In this document: piece after piece, positions 25,494 through 39,115 of the stretch | Position numbering within the stretch: the stretch's first letter is position 1 | Layout: the number at the start of each line of letters is the position of its first letter | DNA from: Eledone cirrhosa | Taxonomy: Eukaryota | Length of the DNA: 64,000 bases | Reading direction: 5' to 3' | Assembly: GCA_964016885.1 (NCBI GenBank) | Contig: OZ024740.1 | Location: forward strand, 222,642,001-222,706,000 | Translations under genes and position numbers: made by a program | Notes under the pieces: generated by a model | What the model saw: the letters and a program-made list of their open reading frames with translations, nothing else | What the model was told of the DNA's origin: nothing | Databases searched by the model: none

Positions 25494-25568
25494 TAGAATT
25501 GAACTACAACAACCAGTGTATGTGTAGCCAGAGGCTACACATACACTGGTTGTTGTAGTTCAATTCTA
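25494..25568. repeat. Perfect hairpin, 36-bp stem with 3-nt loop
   Basis: tagaattgaactacaacaaccagtgtatgtgtagcc-aga-ggctacacatacactggttgttgtagttcaattcta. Confidence 0.97.
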
Positions 25569-26394
25569 ATCACTTTGGCCAGAGTCATTCCACTCTCCCA
25601 TGTGTGGTACTTCCAACTCAGTCTGCCTTCACACAACACGTCTACACACCACGCAAACTGCTAGCACAAGGGCGAAGGAGAGTAGCCCACCGACCCTCAT
25701 GTGACGTCACTTACCTTCATGCTTCTAGTCAGGCATCCCTCAACTTTCAGCAATCTTCCCCCATGGCAGCCCCACAGTATGTATTTATATTGGTAGAGTA
25801 ATCCTCACAAAATATAGGAAATATTTATATACTCTGGTGTAAAGAACAAGATAATTGAAATTCTGTTTTAAGAATAAATTTGTGTGTTCAGTAGTAGATT
25901 AACACTTCACAGCCTGTATATCATGAAACTTCATTAAGAAGTCATTATTGAAAAATATCAAATGACAATGATTATATCACATTCAAAATTTAAGTCTAAC
26001 TCTAATGCTGTAAATGTTCACAACAATCACTTCAGTAATAAATATACAATAACAATTTAAAATATTTCCTGCTAAACCATTATAATATGTTAATAATTAA
26101 ATATCTATAGATATACAAGACTTCTGCAGAAGAAGACAATTGGGAAATATACAGATTAAAATCAGATGTCGGTTGGAAAATATATGATGAAGTTAATCAC
26201 TTTGCAAACCACCCATATATCATCATTACTATATATAATTTTTATAAGCCACAATGGCTTACACATAGAATACAGTAAACATAAACATAGCTGTTATGCT
26301 ATGTATAGGGCTAAACAAACAATGTTATATAAAACGAAGGTGGAAGCAAGGACATTATATAATAGAGAGAAACTGTGATAAAAAATGTAACAAT

Positions 26395-26580
26395 AATAAT
26401 TGTTTCTGCTTTTGGCACAAGGCCAGAAATTACCCAGTACATTACTGGTACTTTATTTTATCGACGCCATAAGGATGAAAGGCAAAGTTAACCTCAGCGG
26501 GATTTGAACTCAGAATGGCAAGGGCCGTGACTCTATGCGTCAAAGCATGGCATCCGACCCTCTACCGATACTGCCAATTC
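26395..26580 (-). mobile_element. SINE family A
   Basis: Full reverse-complement copy; gtaacaataataat repeated on both sides (TSD). Confidence 0.9.
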
Positions 26581-28797
26581 AGTAACAATAATAATGGATT
26601 CTAATATAAGTAGAAAGAACAGCCGATGCCAATTACTTGACTGATATTTTATAACTTTTAAAGCATGATGGGAAAAATTTACAGAACATAACTAAATATC
26701 ACAAGGATACTTGGATGAGTCTGTCAATCCACCAGATGAAATCCCAAACAAGGCAAAAATCATCATCATCGTTTTTATTGTTTTCCTGTCCTGGCTTGTG
26801 TTGGATGAGATATGTTGAGGTTTGTTTGTTATGATGCCTTTCATAATACCAACCCATAATTTATTGGAAGTATAATATAATATAACATAACACTGATATT
26901 TGTAAAACTGCTAGATTGGTTGATGTATTATATATGGGTTTATAAACAAATATTACCAATTGATTTAAAATAAATTGTTTATGGCATCTGACTCAGATCC
27001 ATACGATAAACTTCTTTGAATTTCTGTCATGATGCATTCGTTGGCTCGGTGCTCTACTAGTTGTGTCATGTAATGTGACTGAAACTAAACTTAGATGGTT
27101 TTGAAGCAAACCACATAGCATTGCCCGTGACCTACAAGAGCTGGGGGTCAGTAGAGTACATTGCTGTGGGACCTGGAGAATGAAGGAGAGGCCTGAATAT
27201 ATCTGAGGATCAAAAACTTTTAAAGCCTTTTTTGAATTTAGAGAGGAGCTATATTGAGGCTGAAAGCTAGTTTGTTCTACCTTGCAAAATTTCTCTTTTA
27301 CCCATGCATATACCAATCAATGGACTTTGTAAAGGGATTGACAACACAGTTGAGACAATGTAAGGTACAGGAATCTCTTAATAAATATCAAGGATATCAG
27401 AACTTCTCTAGTGATGGTAACACAATAAAATCTCTCAAGTTTATTCTGTCGAAATGGTTTATGACCAAATGGTAAAACAGGATAGAGAGGACCTTTAATC
27501 TTGTTGAAAACATGATAAACTCGCTACTGCTGGAGTCATAATCAAATTCACCTAAGACACGCTGTAAAATGTTTAGATGTAGAAACCATGCCAAAATCTG
27601 AAACAGATGAGTGAGACATGATCCTTTGACCAATCTGCAATGACAGTAGCTCTGATTAAGTAATGAACTGATCTGGAAAAACCCATTCAACCCACACGAG
27701 TAGTGAAAGTGGACACAAATTAATGATGATGTTAATTAATACCATAAAATCAGAGCTAAGTGCTAACTCCTTACCAGCAGTGCATTGTTGTTTCAAAAGC
27801 ATTCACATATTTCCTTTTATCACTAGCTCCACTGATGAAACTAAATACATATATGATCAGACGTTTTAATATTAAATGAAGAATCATATTAAAAAAAAGG
27901 CAGTATGTGATGGAAAATTGTCTATTATTATATGGAATATCAGGAATGTGTACATTGAAGATGCTTACATTTGACATTTTTCAGAATAATAAAAAAAAAA
28001 GACATCATGACAGAACATGACATTCAGTAATAATTAATTAATATAAAAGCAATATATTAAATGAAATTATCGCAGGCAAAAATATAGAACACACCTTTGG
28101 AAAAAAGTAGGCTCATATGTCTAAGTGTGTGTGGATGATTATGACTATGTATATATATATATATATATGTCATCATTTTATGCCCTTGTTCTACACTACA
28201 CATACAGATACATATATATGTGGAGGGGGGTACGTACGTATGTGTGTGTGTTTGTGTGCACAAGAGCACACACACACACATGTGCGTATATATGTGTGTG
28301 TGTGTGTATGTGTGAGTGAAGAACAGCTATTCTTTTTGTTGTGTAGTGAAAACATAGTTGCGAACTTGTTTTATATTTATTTCAGACTTTATTCCTATCA
28401 TCATACGATGTCTTTACAGTTTTCGTTTATTCTTTTACTGTAGCAATAGTGAAACACTACTTTCAAGGAATTTAGTTAATTATGTCAACTTTGGTAATTA
28501 TTTAGATGATCTATATTTTTGAAACTGCTAAGTTAGAGGATATAATTGTAAAGACGAATAGATACAGTCACACACCACATATATAGATATATATTAATCA
28601 ATCAGGATTCAATTAGAAACTGGTTAGACCATTACTTGCCAGAGTACTCGATACTTCGAGTAGTAGAGTATGGTTATATTATAAAGAGCAGGGACTCTAC
28701 CGACTCAGTTCTTGCCATTTCAACAGCTAGTCCCAGGCTCTATTAAAACAACAAGAGCTTAGCCATTTGGGTCCCAACTCTTTTTATATATATATAT

Positions 28798-29677
28798 CTT
28801 CCTCATCATCATTGTTTAATGTCCATATTTCGCGCTAGCATGGGTTAGATGTGTTGTCCCATTTGTGGCAAGTTAGATCAGGTTACCGTGTCTTACTCAT
28901 ATAGAACTGTTTCTGGCTAGGTTTCTACAGCTGGATGCCTTTCCTAACGCCAACCACATTAACAGTGTGTGCCTTGTGCTTTTTGTCATGACACCTACAT
29001 GACCACTTTACAGTGTGGGCTGGGTGCTTTTTGTCGTGACACCTACACGATGAGTTTACAATGTGGGTTGGATATGTTTTGTTCACAGTGTATAGATGGT
29101 GTAGACAGAAGTGGGTGGGTGTATAATGGTTAATAGTTGCCTACTAGATGTATGTTTTAGTCTGTGCACATGGGAAGATGTCTCTTCTGTATTACTGCAT
29201 AATGCCAAACATTTTTATCCTGTGTCATTGTGTTTGAGAGGTTCAGTTGTGCAAGATCAGCTTTTATCATCTTGTCTCAGGTCTTCCTACTCTATAGCTT
29301 CCATCAATTCTGATCACCCTACACCTTTTTATACAGCTGCCATCCTTCATACACATCACATGATGATACCAATGCAAACACCTCTCTAGCATAATGCATC
29401 TGATCCTTCTTATTTCACTCTTAGTTCATTTACACTTTGTCATTCATGTATCAACTATTACACATCAACTGGAGTATGCATGCTTCATTTTTTCCAGTCT
29501 TTTCAGGTCCTCTGCACACAGTGCCTAGGTCTCACTACCATGTAACATTGATGTTCGTATAGATGCATCATACAATCAGCCCTTCATTTTAAGGTAAACA
29601 TCTTTAGTAGCTAGTAGTAGCTCGCTGAACATTCTCCATCCCGTTCTTACTCTGGCTACTGTACTTTCAGAACACCC
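28798..29677 (-). mobile_element. RTE LINE copy D, 3' fragment
   Basis: Minus strand [30 protein letters not shown], 48-bp repeats and tail; bounded by (TA)n. Confidence 0.9.
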
Positions 29678-30585
<908 letters not shown>

Positions 30586-30887
30586 CTGTGTTTGTCTCTC
30601 TTTACTGTGTTATAAGGCTTGGAAAATGTTTTCCTTGAGCCAATTTTTATTATAAGGGACTATTGTAAGTTTTTAACTCAATATATATTTTTCATATATA
30701 TATATATATTCAATCAATTTAAATGTTTGTATATAGCTAGTAAGCCATGGAAGACTAGGGGAAATATCAAATACTTTTTACAGTCAGTAATCAAAAAGAG
30801 CTAGTGAGACAAGTAAAAAAAAAATAAAAAGTAAAAAATAGAAATAAAAATTTCAAATATTGCTGTCCAATGGTAGATGATGCATAC

Positions 30888-30946
30888 GAAAACGAAAAAG
30901 AAAAAGAAAAAGAAAAAGAAAAAGAAAAAGAAAAAGAAAAAGAAAA
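30888..30946 (+). repeat. (GAAAAA)n
   Basis: Directly visible. Confidence 0.95.
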
Positions 30947-31137
30947 GGAAAATAGGAAACAAGGGATGCTGTAAAACAGCTAGAAGTTTTTGTTGAATCT
31001 TTTCGTAGCTTTCATGTACTTAAAGATTTTGTTTAAAAGTAGATTTTTAACCATAAATTGAATTTCAAATCTTGGTAGTTTTTTAAAGATTGGTTTCAAT
31101 TCACTTATACACTTTTTGCTTGACATTATTTCTCTTG

Positions 31138-31300
31138 CGGTGGATTGGCAGTATCGGTAGAGGGTCGGACACTATGCCACTCTGAGTTCAAATTGCGCCG
31201 AGGTTAACTTTGCCTTTCATCCTTACGGGGTCGATAAAATAAAGTTCCAATAATGTACTGGGTAATTGCTGGCCTTGTGCCAAAAGTAGAAACAATTATT
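31138..31300 (+). mobile_element. SINE family A with internal deletion in the head
   Basis: Consensus match with a shortened A-B box spacer. Confidence 0.85.
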
Positions 31301-32468
31301 TCTCCTGCTTTCTTCCATTGTTTGCTTGTCTCGCATCTTATATGCATTGAGCACACTGTCCTCCTGACTACTGGCATATAATTCTCACAACTAATCTTCT
31401 ATCTCTCCTCCTTCATCAGTTTGTAAGCATACTTTTGATATATATATATATATATATATATCCTATGATTATTCATGTTTATTTATATGTTAATCAATTT
31501 CTAGTTATTATATATATACATATATATGGAAGAAGCTGTTTCCATTGACATATTTCTTCTGGTGAGTAAGACAAATATTTAATTGTTTTCAAATAGAAAT
31601 CTATAATTACAATTACTGGAATGCCTTCTTCTAATGGACGCAATTTAATTAAGCAAAGATTTATTTTAATATTTTCACATTTAACTTCAGCTTTTCTTGT
31701 AAGATCTGCAATGTTAATTAAACCCATCTTGTCATATCATATCTCATATTATATATGTGTGTGTGAAATTATACGTCCTTGTATGTTTGTGTGTCTGTAT
31801 ATATATATATTTACAATATGAGGTTATAGTGTAGTATGTCACTATTTTCGTTGGTAAGATGAGACAAGCTCGATGCACTTTACCGTCCTCTGTCCTTCTG
31901 GTGCAACAAACTGGATGATTAAGATATCTTGTTATTAAGGGCCGTTCAGGTAGCAGAGCATTTAAAATTCAAAATTATAAGAAAAAAATGGATAAGAAAT
32001 TATTGATGTATTAATATATAATAATTTCTTAAAATTTTGAATATATATTGTTTAATATGGAAATGGCTTCTACAGAACTAGAACTGTTTCAATAAAAATA
32101 AATCATCAGGAAAGTCAACTGTTTTTGTAAAACTGTTGTATTCTGGTGGTTGGAGAAGGTGGTGATTTTGGGGATGGGTGGCAGTCACTGGGCAAGGGAT
32201 TTTAAAGAAAAGGGATTCTTTGGAAAATCTATTTACATACACAATAATAATACTCGGATAAAAGCAAGGTTCACATTCACACTCACATACTCATACACAC
32301 ACATACACACTAACTAATACATATTTCAGGGGTCTATACAAATGGGTTTTATGAGTGACTGATAATTGTCAGGCTTTGGCCAAAGAATTCTTTGGTATCA
32401 ATGGATTATTGACACATTTCAAATCAATTAGTGGTGAGGGTGGTGGAATTTGCAACAATAGCGACATA

Positions 32469-33605
32469 CATCATCATCATCATCATTTAAGGTCCATTTT
32501 CCATGCTAGCAAGGGTAGGATGGGCTGACCCTTTGGGAGAGAATCAGGTCAGAGAACCATGTTTCACTCACCGTGTTTGGCTTAGTTTGTACAACTTGAT
32601 GCCCTTCCTAATGCCAACCAAATTTACAGTGTGTGCTAGGTATTTTTTGTCGTGTCACCTACACGACCACATTACAGTGTTGACTGGGCATTTTTGTCTT
32701 GACACATACATGACCCCCATATAGTGAGGGCGGGGCACTTTTGTTGTAGCTCGAGAGGAGCCACTTTATGGTGTGGGATAGGAACTAGGGAGGGTGGGTT
32801 AGAAGCTTGGGGGAAATCGAGGACGTATTTAATAGGGGAGGGATGGTTATAGCAAAGGGATATGTATAGAGGGAAGATGGTAGAGGAAGGTGTTGCCTAT
32901 AAGATATATGCCTCAGCTCATACAAAGGGGAGGGCAGGTCTTCTGTTGTACTGCATAGCGCCAGATGTCGTGCTCCTGTGTCATTGCCTTGATGAGGTGT
33001 AATTGTGCAAGGTCAGCTTTTATTACTTAATCCCAAGTCTTTCTAGGCCTGCCCACTCCATCACTACCACCAACTTTGACTGCTCTGCAGCTTTTTAAAC
33101 AGTTGTCATCCCTTAATGCAATCACCTCTCCTGCACACAACAACTGATCCCTCTTATGCCTAATTTATTACACAGTATATTTATGCTTTGCCGTTCACGT
33201 ATATTTCTATTGCACATCCAGCGAAGCATGGGAGATTCCTTTCTTCCCTATCTTCACAAGTCCTCAGCACACAGTGCCCAGGTAATGCTGCTGTGCAAGA
33301 TTGCTGTTCGTATACATGAACCATACAGTTTGCCTTTCATTTTGAGCGAAAAACCTTTTGTAGTTAGCAGTGGTAGTAACGCCCTGAATTTTCTCCAACG
33401 TGATCTCACTCTGGTTACTGTGGTTTTAGTACACCCTACCCCACTCCTGATGTGGTCACTTAGGTAACAGAAACTATCTACCTCTTAAACCAAGCCCTCT
33501 GGGCATTTGAAGGTGATTATATCCTGAGGGTTCTTGTTACTTACTGTGCACCAGCCACATGTAAAACCAACATTCATTGTTAGCCTGTCTGACATCCCAC
33601 TACAT
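32469..33605 (-). mobile_element. RTE LINE copy E, 3' fragment
   Basis: Minus strand CSGMS..GFTCG, DSFCYL, GFSLKMKGKLYG, MLRWMCN, GRPRKTW; about four repeat units; (gat)n tail. Confidence 0.9.
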
Positions 33606-33614
33606 ATGATGATG

Positions 33615-35297
33615 ATCATCATCGTTTAATGTCTATCTTCCTCGCTAGCATGTGTTTAGATGGGAATTGTCCCACTTGAGGCAAGATTGGTTGTCTTGCT
33701 CCTTTAGGATGGTATGGCAGATTTTCTATGGCTGGATGCCCTTCCTAACACCAACAACGTTTACAGTGTGGACTGGAGGTTTTTACCGTGTTACCTACAT
33801 GGCCACATTACGGCGAGGACTGTGTGTTTTTTTGTCGTGACACCTACACGACCTCATTTATTTAGGACTGGATGTTGTGATACCAACATAACTTTACAGA
33901 GAAAGGGGTGGCGGAGATGGGGGTGGGGGAAGGGGGTGTATTTTTGGTTTTCGCTTTGTACATAGGCAGAGCGGCTCTTCTGTATTACTGCGTAGCACCA
34001 AAGATCTCGGTCCAGTGACATTGTCTTGGAGAGGTGCAAGTGTGTAAGGTCAGAATTTATCAAATCGTCCCAGGTTTTTCTGGGTGTGCCTACTCCATAA
34101 CTTCCATCAATTTTGATCGCCCTGCACTTTTTTATACAAACGTAGTCTTCTCTCGAGTAAACAGCATCTGATCCCTCTTATTCCTAATTTCTCACTTAGT
34201 CCATTTATGCTTTGCCATTCACGTATTATACTATTACACATCCAATGGAGCATGCAAGCTTCGTTCCTCTCCAGTCTGCGCAGATCCTCTGAACACAATG
34301 CCCATGTCTCACTGCCATGTAAGATTGCTGTTCATATGCAGGCATCATTCAGTCTGCCTTCATTTTTAGAGAGAAACCTTTAGCAGCCAATAGTGGTATA
34401 AGCTCTCTGAACTTTTTCCATCCCGTTCTGACTCGGGCTACTGTACTTTCAGAGCACCCTCCACCACTGCTGATTTTGTCACCCAGGTAAAGGAAGGTGT
34501 CCACTATTTCTATAGAACCATCTGAGCAATGGAGGGAGCTAGTATCGTGTGGGCACTTGCTACTTATTACACCTGAGCACCGCCCACATATAAAATCTAT
34601 GTTCTTAGTTAGCTTACCTGTGATCCCACTACATCTTTTATGCACTCATACTTTGCATTTGGGACATACAATGGAGTTTCTGCATACTCCTTTCCTACAA
34701 ACTGAGCATAGCCATTTCACAGAAGGGACCAGTGCCCTATTTTCCTTCCTACATACTAGAACTTTAGTCTTAGACAAGTTAACTTTAAGGCCTTTTGATT
34801 CTAAGTCATGCTTCCATGTTTGGAATTTCTTCTCAAGTTCAGCCATCGATTCAGCTATGAGCATATAGAAGCTCCCATGGGCAGCGGGTCTTGAACTCCT
34901 TTGTTATAGCCTGAAGGGCAATAATAAATAGGAGGCTAAGGACAGAGCCCTGATGAATGCCAAATTTTATGCTAAATTCTTCACTATATTCGTTGTTAAT
35001 TCTAACCTTGCTGACTGTTTCTTTATACATGGCTTGTATAGCTCTCACAAGCCATTCATCAGCACCTAGTTTTCTAAGAGCCCACCAGATAATGGAGAGG
35101 GGGACTCTGTCAAAGGCTTTCTCCAAGTCAACAAAAGCTAAGTATAGGGGTTTACTTTTAGCTAGGTACTTCTCCTGTAGTTGTCGTACAAGGAAAAGAG
35201 CGCCTGTGGTACTTTTACCTGACACAAACCCAAATTGCATTTCATCTAGATCAATTCACTCTCTGATTAGTTGCGCTATAATTCTTTCTGTGACCTT
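33615..35297 (-). mobile_element. RTE LINE copy F, 5'-truncated, close relative of copy C
   Basis: Track ORFs 34851-35240, 34646-34864, 34349-34645 and 34107-34298 match copy C with frameshifts. Confidence 0.95.
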
Positions 35298-35388
35298 ATT
35301 ATATACATATATATATATATTATGTTTACTTCGTTTTTGAATTTGTTTTGCAAAATTTCTCATCTGAAAACATGTGTTGAAACAGACA

Positions 35389-35586
35389 TTGTTATACTTT
35401 GGGAGGGTCATGTTGCCGATAAAAACACATGCACCTGTTGGTTTCACTTCAATTCATTATAAATGTCCGGTTAGTTAGCTGCTTCGAACAAAATACAAAC
35501 CAACTGGGAATTTATAATAAAATGAAGTGAAAACCAACAGGTGCGTGTGTTTTTATTAGCAACATGAGCCTCTCAAAGTTTAACAA
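35389..35586. repeat. Imperfect inverted repeat (arms about 88 bp), MITE-like
   Basis: ttgttatactttgggagggtcatgttgccgataaaaacacatgcacctgttggtttcacttca pairs with tgaagtgaaaaccaacaggtgcgtgtgtttttattagcaacatgagcctctcaaagtttaacaa. Confidence 0.85.
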
Positions 35587-35899
35587 AATATTAATTGCAG
35601 CTTTATTAATTGCAATTTATTAATTTTAATGTTATAATTCTTTGTTTTTCTACTTGTGACATTATCATTATTTTTATGCCTGCTTTGCTGTAGTTGCATA
35701 GTTTTTATATCTATAAGTGAAAAGATAACTGTGTCATTAAGGAGTTTACATTGTAATCACATGGTTCTGAGTTTAGTCCCACAGTGTGGAACCTTGGACA
35801 AGTTGTCTTCTCCTATATCTTCAAGTTGACCAATGCCTGGTGAGTAAATTTGGTAGACGAAAACTGCAGAAGCCTGTCATATATATATATAGTAATAAT

Positions 35900-36067
35900 A
35901 ATAATAATTGTTTCTACTTTTGGCACAAGGCCAGCAATAATCCAGTACATTACTGGTACTTTATTTTATCGACCCCGTAAGGATGAAAGGCAAAGTTAAC
36001 CTCGACGGGATTTGAACCCAGACCGTAAAGGGATGTAACTATGTTAGAAAGCATGGCGTCCAACCCT
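35900..36067 (-). mobile_element. SINE family A
   Basis: Reverse-complement consensus within a (TAA)n tract. Confidence 0.85.
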
Positions 36068-36070
36068 AAG

Positions 36071-36211
36071 TAATAATAATATTAATAATAGTACTAATAA
36101 TAAATGTGAAGTAATCCAAGTAATAATAATAACAATAATAGTAATAATAATAAATGTGAAGTAATCCAAGTAATAATAATAATAATAATAGTAATAATAA
36201 TAAATGTGAAG
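36071..36211. repeat. 50-bp tandem repeat, about 2.8 units
   Basis: taataataataataataatagtaataataataaatgtgaagtaatccaag units start at 36071, 36121 and 36171. Confidence 0.9.
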
Positions 36212-36665
36212 ACTAAATTCCAAAGAGGGCTCGATAAGGATAAATACATATCAAATATATAAGAACTCTGGAGCAAATATTTATTAAAATAACAGATTTA
36301 AGTTTAAACAAAGAATCGCGGCTTTTGCCTTTAAAGGGATCTTCTGAAACTAAAAAAAATCAATCTGTGAATGCAGAAGTAAATATTTCGAAAAACGTTG
36401 CAACCGAAGGAAAACAGGAAGACGATACTTTGGTTCGTGAAGACGCTCCCTGGCAATGAAAGGAAAAAAGTGAAGATAATACGTTGTTATGTGAAGCGTG
36501 AGAACGATTACACGCAAAGACAAAACCACGTTTATGGTTTAAATGCAGTCGTAGACTAATATTTTATTCAGGAAACCGAATGATTCTTGGCTTCAGAGTT
36601 AAGAGTAATGTAAATAAATTAGTAGAACGAAAATGACAGAGGTTAATAAAATCAATAATAATTAA
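36191..36665 (-). mobile_element. Penelope-like 3' terminal region, longest copy
   Basis: Contains the sequences seen at 1151-1268 and 13702-13800; minus strand has cagaagatccc..aaaagccgcg followed by AATAAA; no ORF. Confidence 0.45.
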
Positions 36666-36762
36666 ATATATACATACACACAGTTATATACGTACATACA
36701 CGCGCATACGTGAAAACATCCTACATGCATGAACACAAAACACGCACATATATACATAAACC

Positions 36763-39115
36763 CGAAGGAGAGTGACTTGGTGGTGGAACAATAAGGTAGA
36801 TGAGGCAATTAAGACGAAGAGACAGGCATGGAAATAATGGAAGAATGGGGGAAGCAGGGTAGATTATATAGAGACCAGGAGGGAAGCCAGGCGGCAAGTA
36901 TACTTAGCTAGAAGGGAAGCAGAGGATAAAAAATTCAAGCATATTTTGCAGCATGAGGACCAGAAATAGGAGGAGTTCACGATTCCGAGGCAGTGTATTA
37001 GAAAAAATTGTGATGTCTTTGGAGAGAAGTGTATCTGGAATGATAAAAGTGAGCTTGCCCTCACAAGTGCCAAGAAGAAAGCTGCATGGAAGAGCCATTA
37101 TGAAAGATTATTGAATGAGGAGAAAGCATGGGATAAAGAGACCCTATCTCAAGTGGACCCTATAGAGGGCCCAGTAATACAAGTCAGCAGCAGTGTAGTA
37201 AGTAAGGCAATTAAAGATATGAAGAATGGGAAGGCAACCGGTCCATCGGGTATAGCTGCCAAGATGCTGAAACATCTGGGTCGGTAGATCACACCATAAC
37301 CATATGTATTGTTAACCAAGTAATACTAGAGGTCCTCATACCAAAGGATTGGCACAACAGCATCAATGTCAACTGCTATAAAGGAGATGCACTAGATAGA
37401 GGAAACTATAGAGGTATAAAGCTGATGGCCAGGTCATTAAAGTAACAGAAACAGTTATAGCACAGCTGATTAGGGACCAGGTAAATTTAGATGAGATGCA
37501 GTTTGGTTTTGTGCCTGGCAAAAGCACCACTGATGTTCTCCTCCTTGTGAGGCGGTTACAGGAAAAGTACCTAGCTAAAAGTAAGCAGCTCTAAATGGCA
37601 TTTGTCGATCTGCAAAAAGCCTTTGACAGAGTGCCCGATTCTATAATCTGGTGGGCTATTAGAAAACTAGGAGTAGATGAATGGCTTGTGAAGGCTGTAC
37701 AAGCCATGTATAGGGGAGCAGTCAGCAAAGTTATTGTTAACAAAGACTATAGCGAGGAATTTAGCATACATGTTGGTGTCCGAGGGGGCTTAGTTCTCAG
37801 CCTGTTCCTGTTTATCATATTGCAGGCTATAACAGAAGAGTTTAAGACTGGCTGCTCATGGGAACTTCTGTACATGGATGATCTTACACTTATAGCTGAA
37901 TCTATGGTGGAACTAGAGAAGAAATTCCAAACATGAAAGCAGGGACTAGAAAGAAGGGGTCTTAAAGTCAATCTGACAAAGACTAAGGTTTTTGTAAATG
38001 GATGAGAAAATAGAATCCAGATCCCCTCAGGGAAATGACCTTGCTCAGTATGTAGGAAAGGCATAGGTAGAAATTCCATCCTCTGCCCCAAATGCAAACT
38101 ATGGGTACACAAGAGATATAGTGGGATCCCAGGAAGTTAAGAATGTAGGCTTTACATGTAGCAGTTGCACTGGGACAGTAAGTAGCAAACGGCCACAGGA
38201 AACAAGCACTACCAAATGCTGGGAGGGCTCTGTAGAAACAGTAGACAGCTTCTGCTACCTAGGTGACCTAATTAGCAGCAGAGGTGGGTGTTCTGAAAGT
38301 ACAGTAACCAGGGTAAGAATGCATGGGTGAAGTTCAAGGAGCTACTACCACTTCTAGCTGCGAAAGTCTTTTCCCTCAAAATGAAAGGCAGACTGTATGA
38401 TGCATGCATACAAACAACAAAGTTACATGGGCGTTGTGTGCAGAATACTTGCATAGATTAGAAAGAAACAAAACTTGCATGCCCCAATGGATGTGTAATC
38501 AATAATATACGCGTATGGCACAGCATAAACGAATTGAGAGAGAGATTGAGCATAAGAGGAATCAAATGCTGTGTGCAGGAGAGGAGATTACGTTGGTATG
38601 GACATGTGATGCTTATGAAGTATAACAGCTGCATAAAAAGGTGCAGAGCACTAAAAGTCGATGGCAACCTTGTAGTGAGGAGACCCAAGAAGACCTGGGA
38701 TTAAGTGATACAAGCTGACCTTGCCCAATTGCACCTCTCAAAGGCGATGACACAGTACCGAGATCTCTGGCGTTACACAGTAATACAGAAGACCCAACTT
38801 CCCACAGGTACAAACCGAAACTGAATTATATAGACAGTATGCCACCACCCCACTGTAAGGTGGTCATGTAGGTATCACAACAAAAAAGCACCCAGTCCAC
38901 ACTGTAAAGTGATCACGTAGGTGCCACGGTAAAAAAGCATCCCGTATTCACTGTAAATGAGGTTGGTGTTAGGAAGGGCATCAGCTGTAGAAATGTAGCT
39001 AGAATCAGATCCCGTATGAGCAAGACATGGTCACTTGACCTGGCATTGCCCACAACAGGACAGCCCGTCTAACCCATGCTACATGGAAGAATGGATGTAA
39101 AACGGTGATGATGAT
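36763..39115 (+). mobile_element. RTE LINE copy G, 5'-truncated, degenerate
   Basis: RRRVTWWWN, AFVDLQKAFDRVP, LLYMDD, PHD-type region, DSFCYLG, 3' UTR repeats and tail; many stops and frameshifts. Confidence 0.95.

Noticed and set aside
31494-31727. 77-aa minus ORF with protein-like composition
   Set aside because: No recognisable motif or splice context; length is within chance expectation
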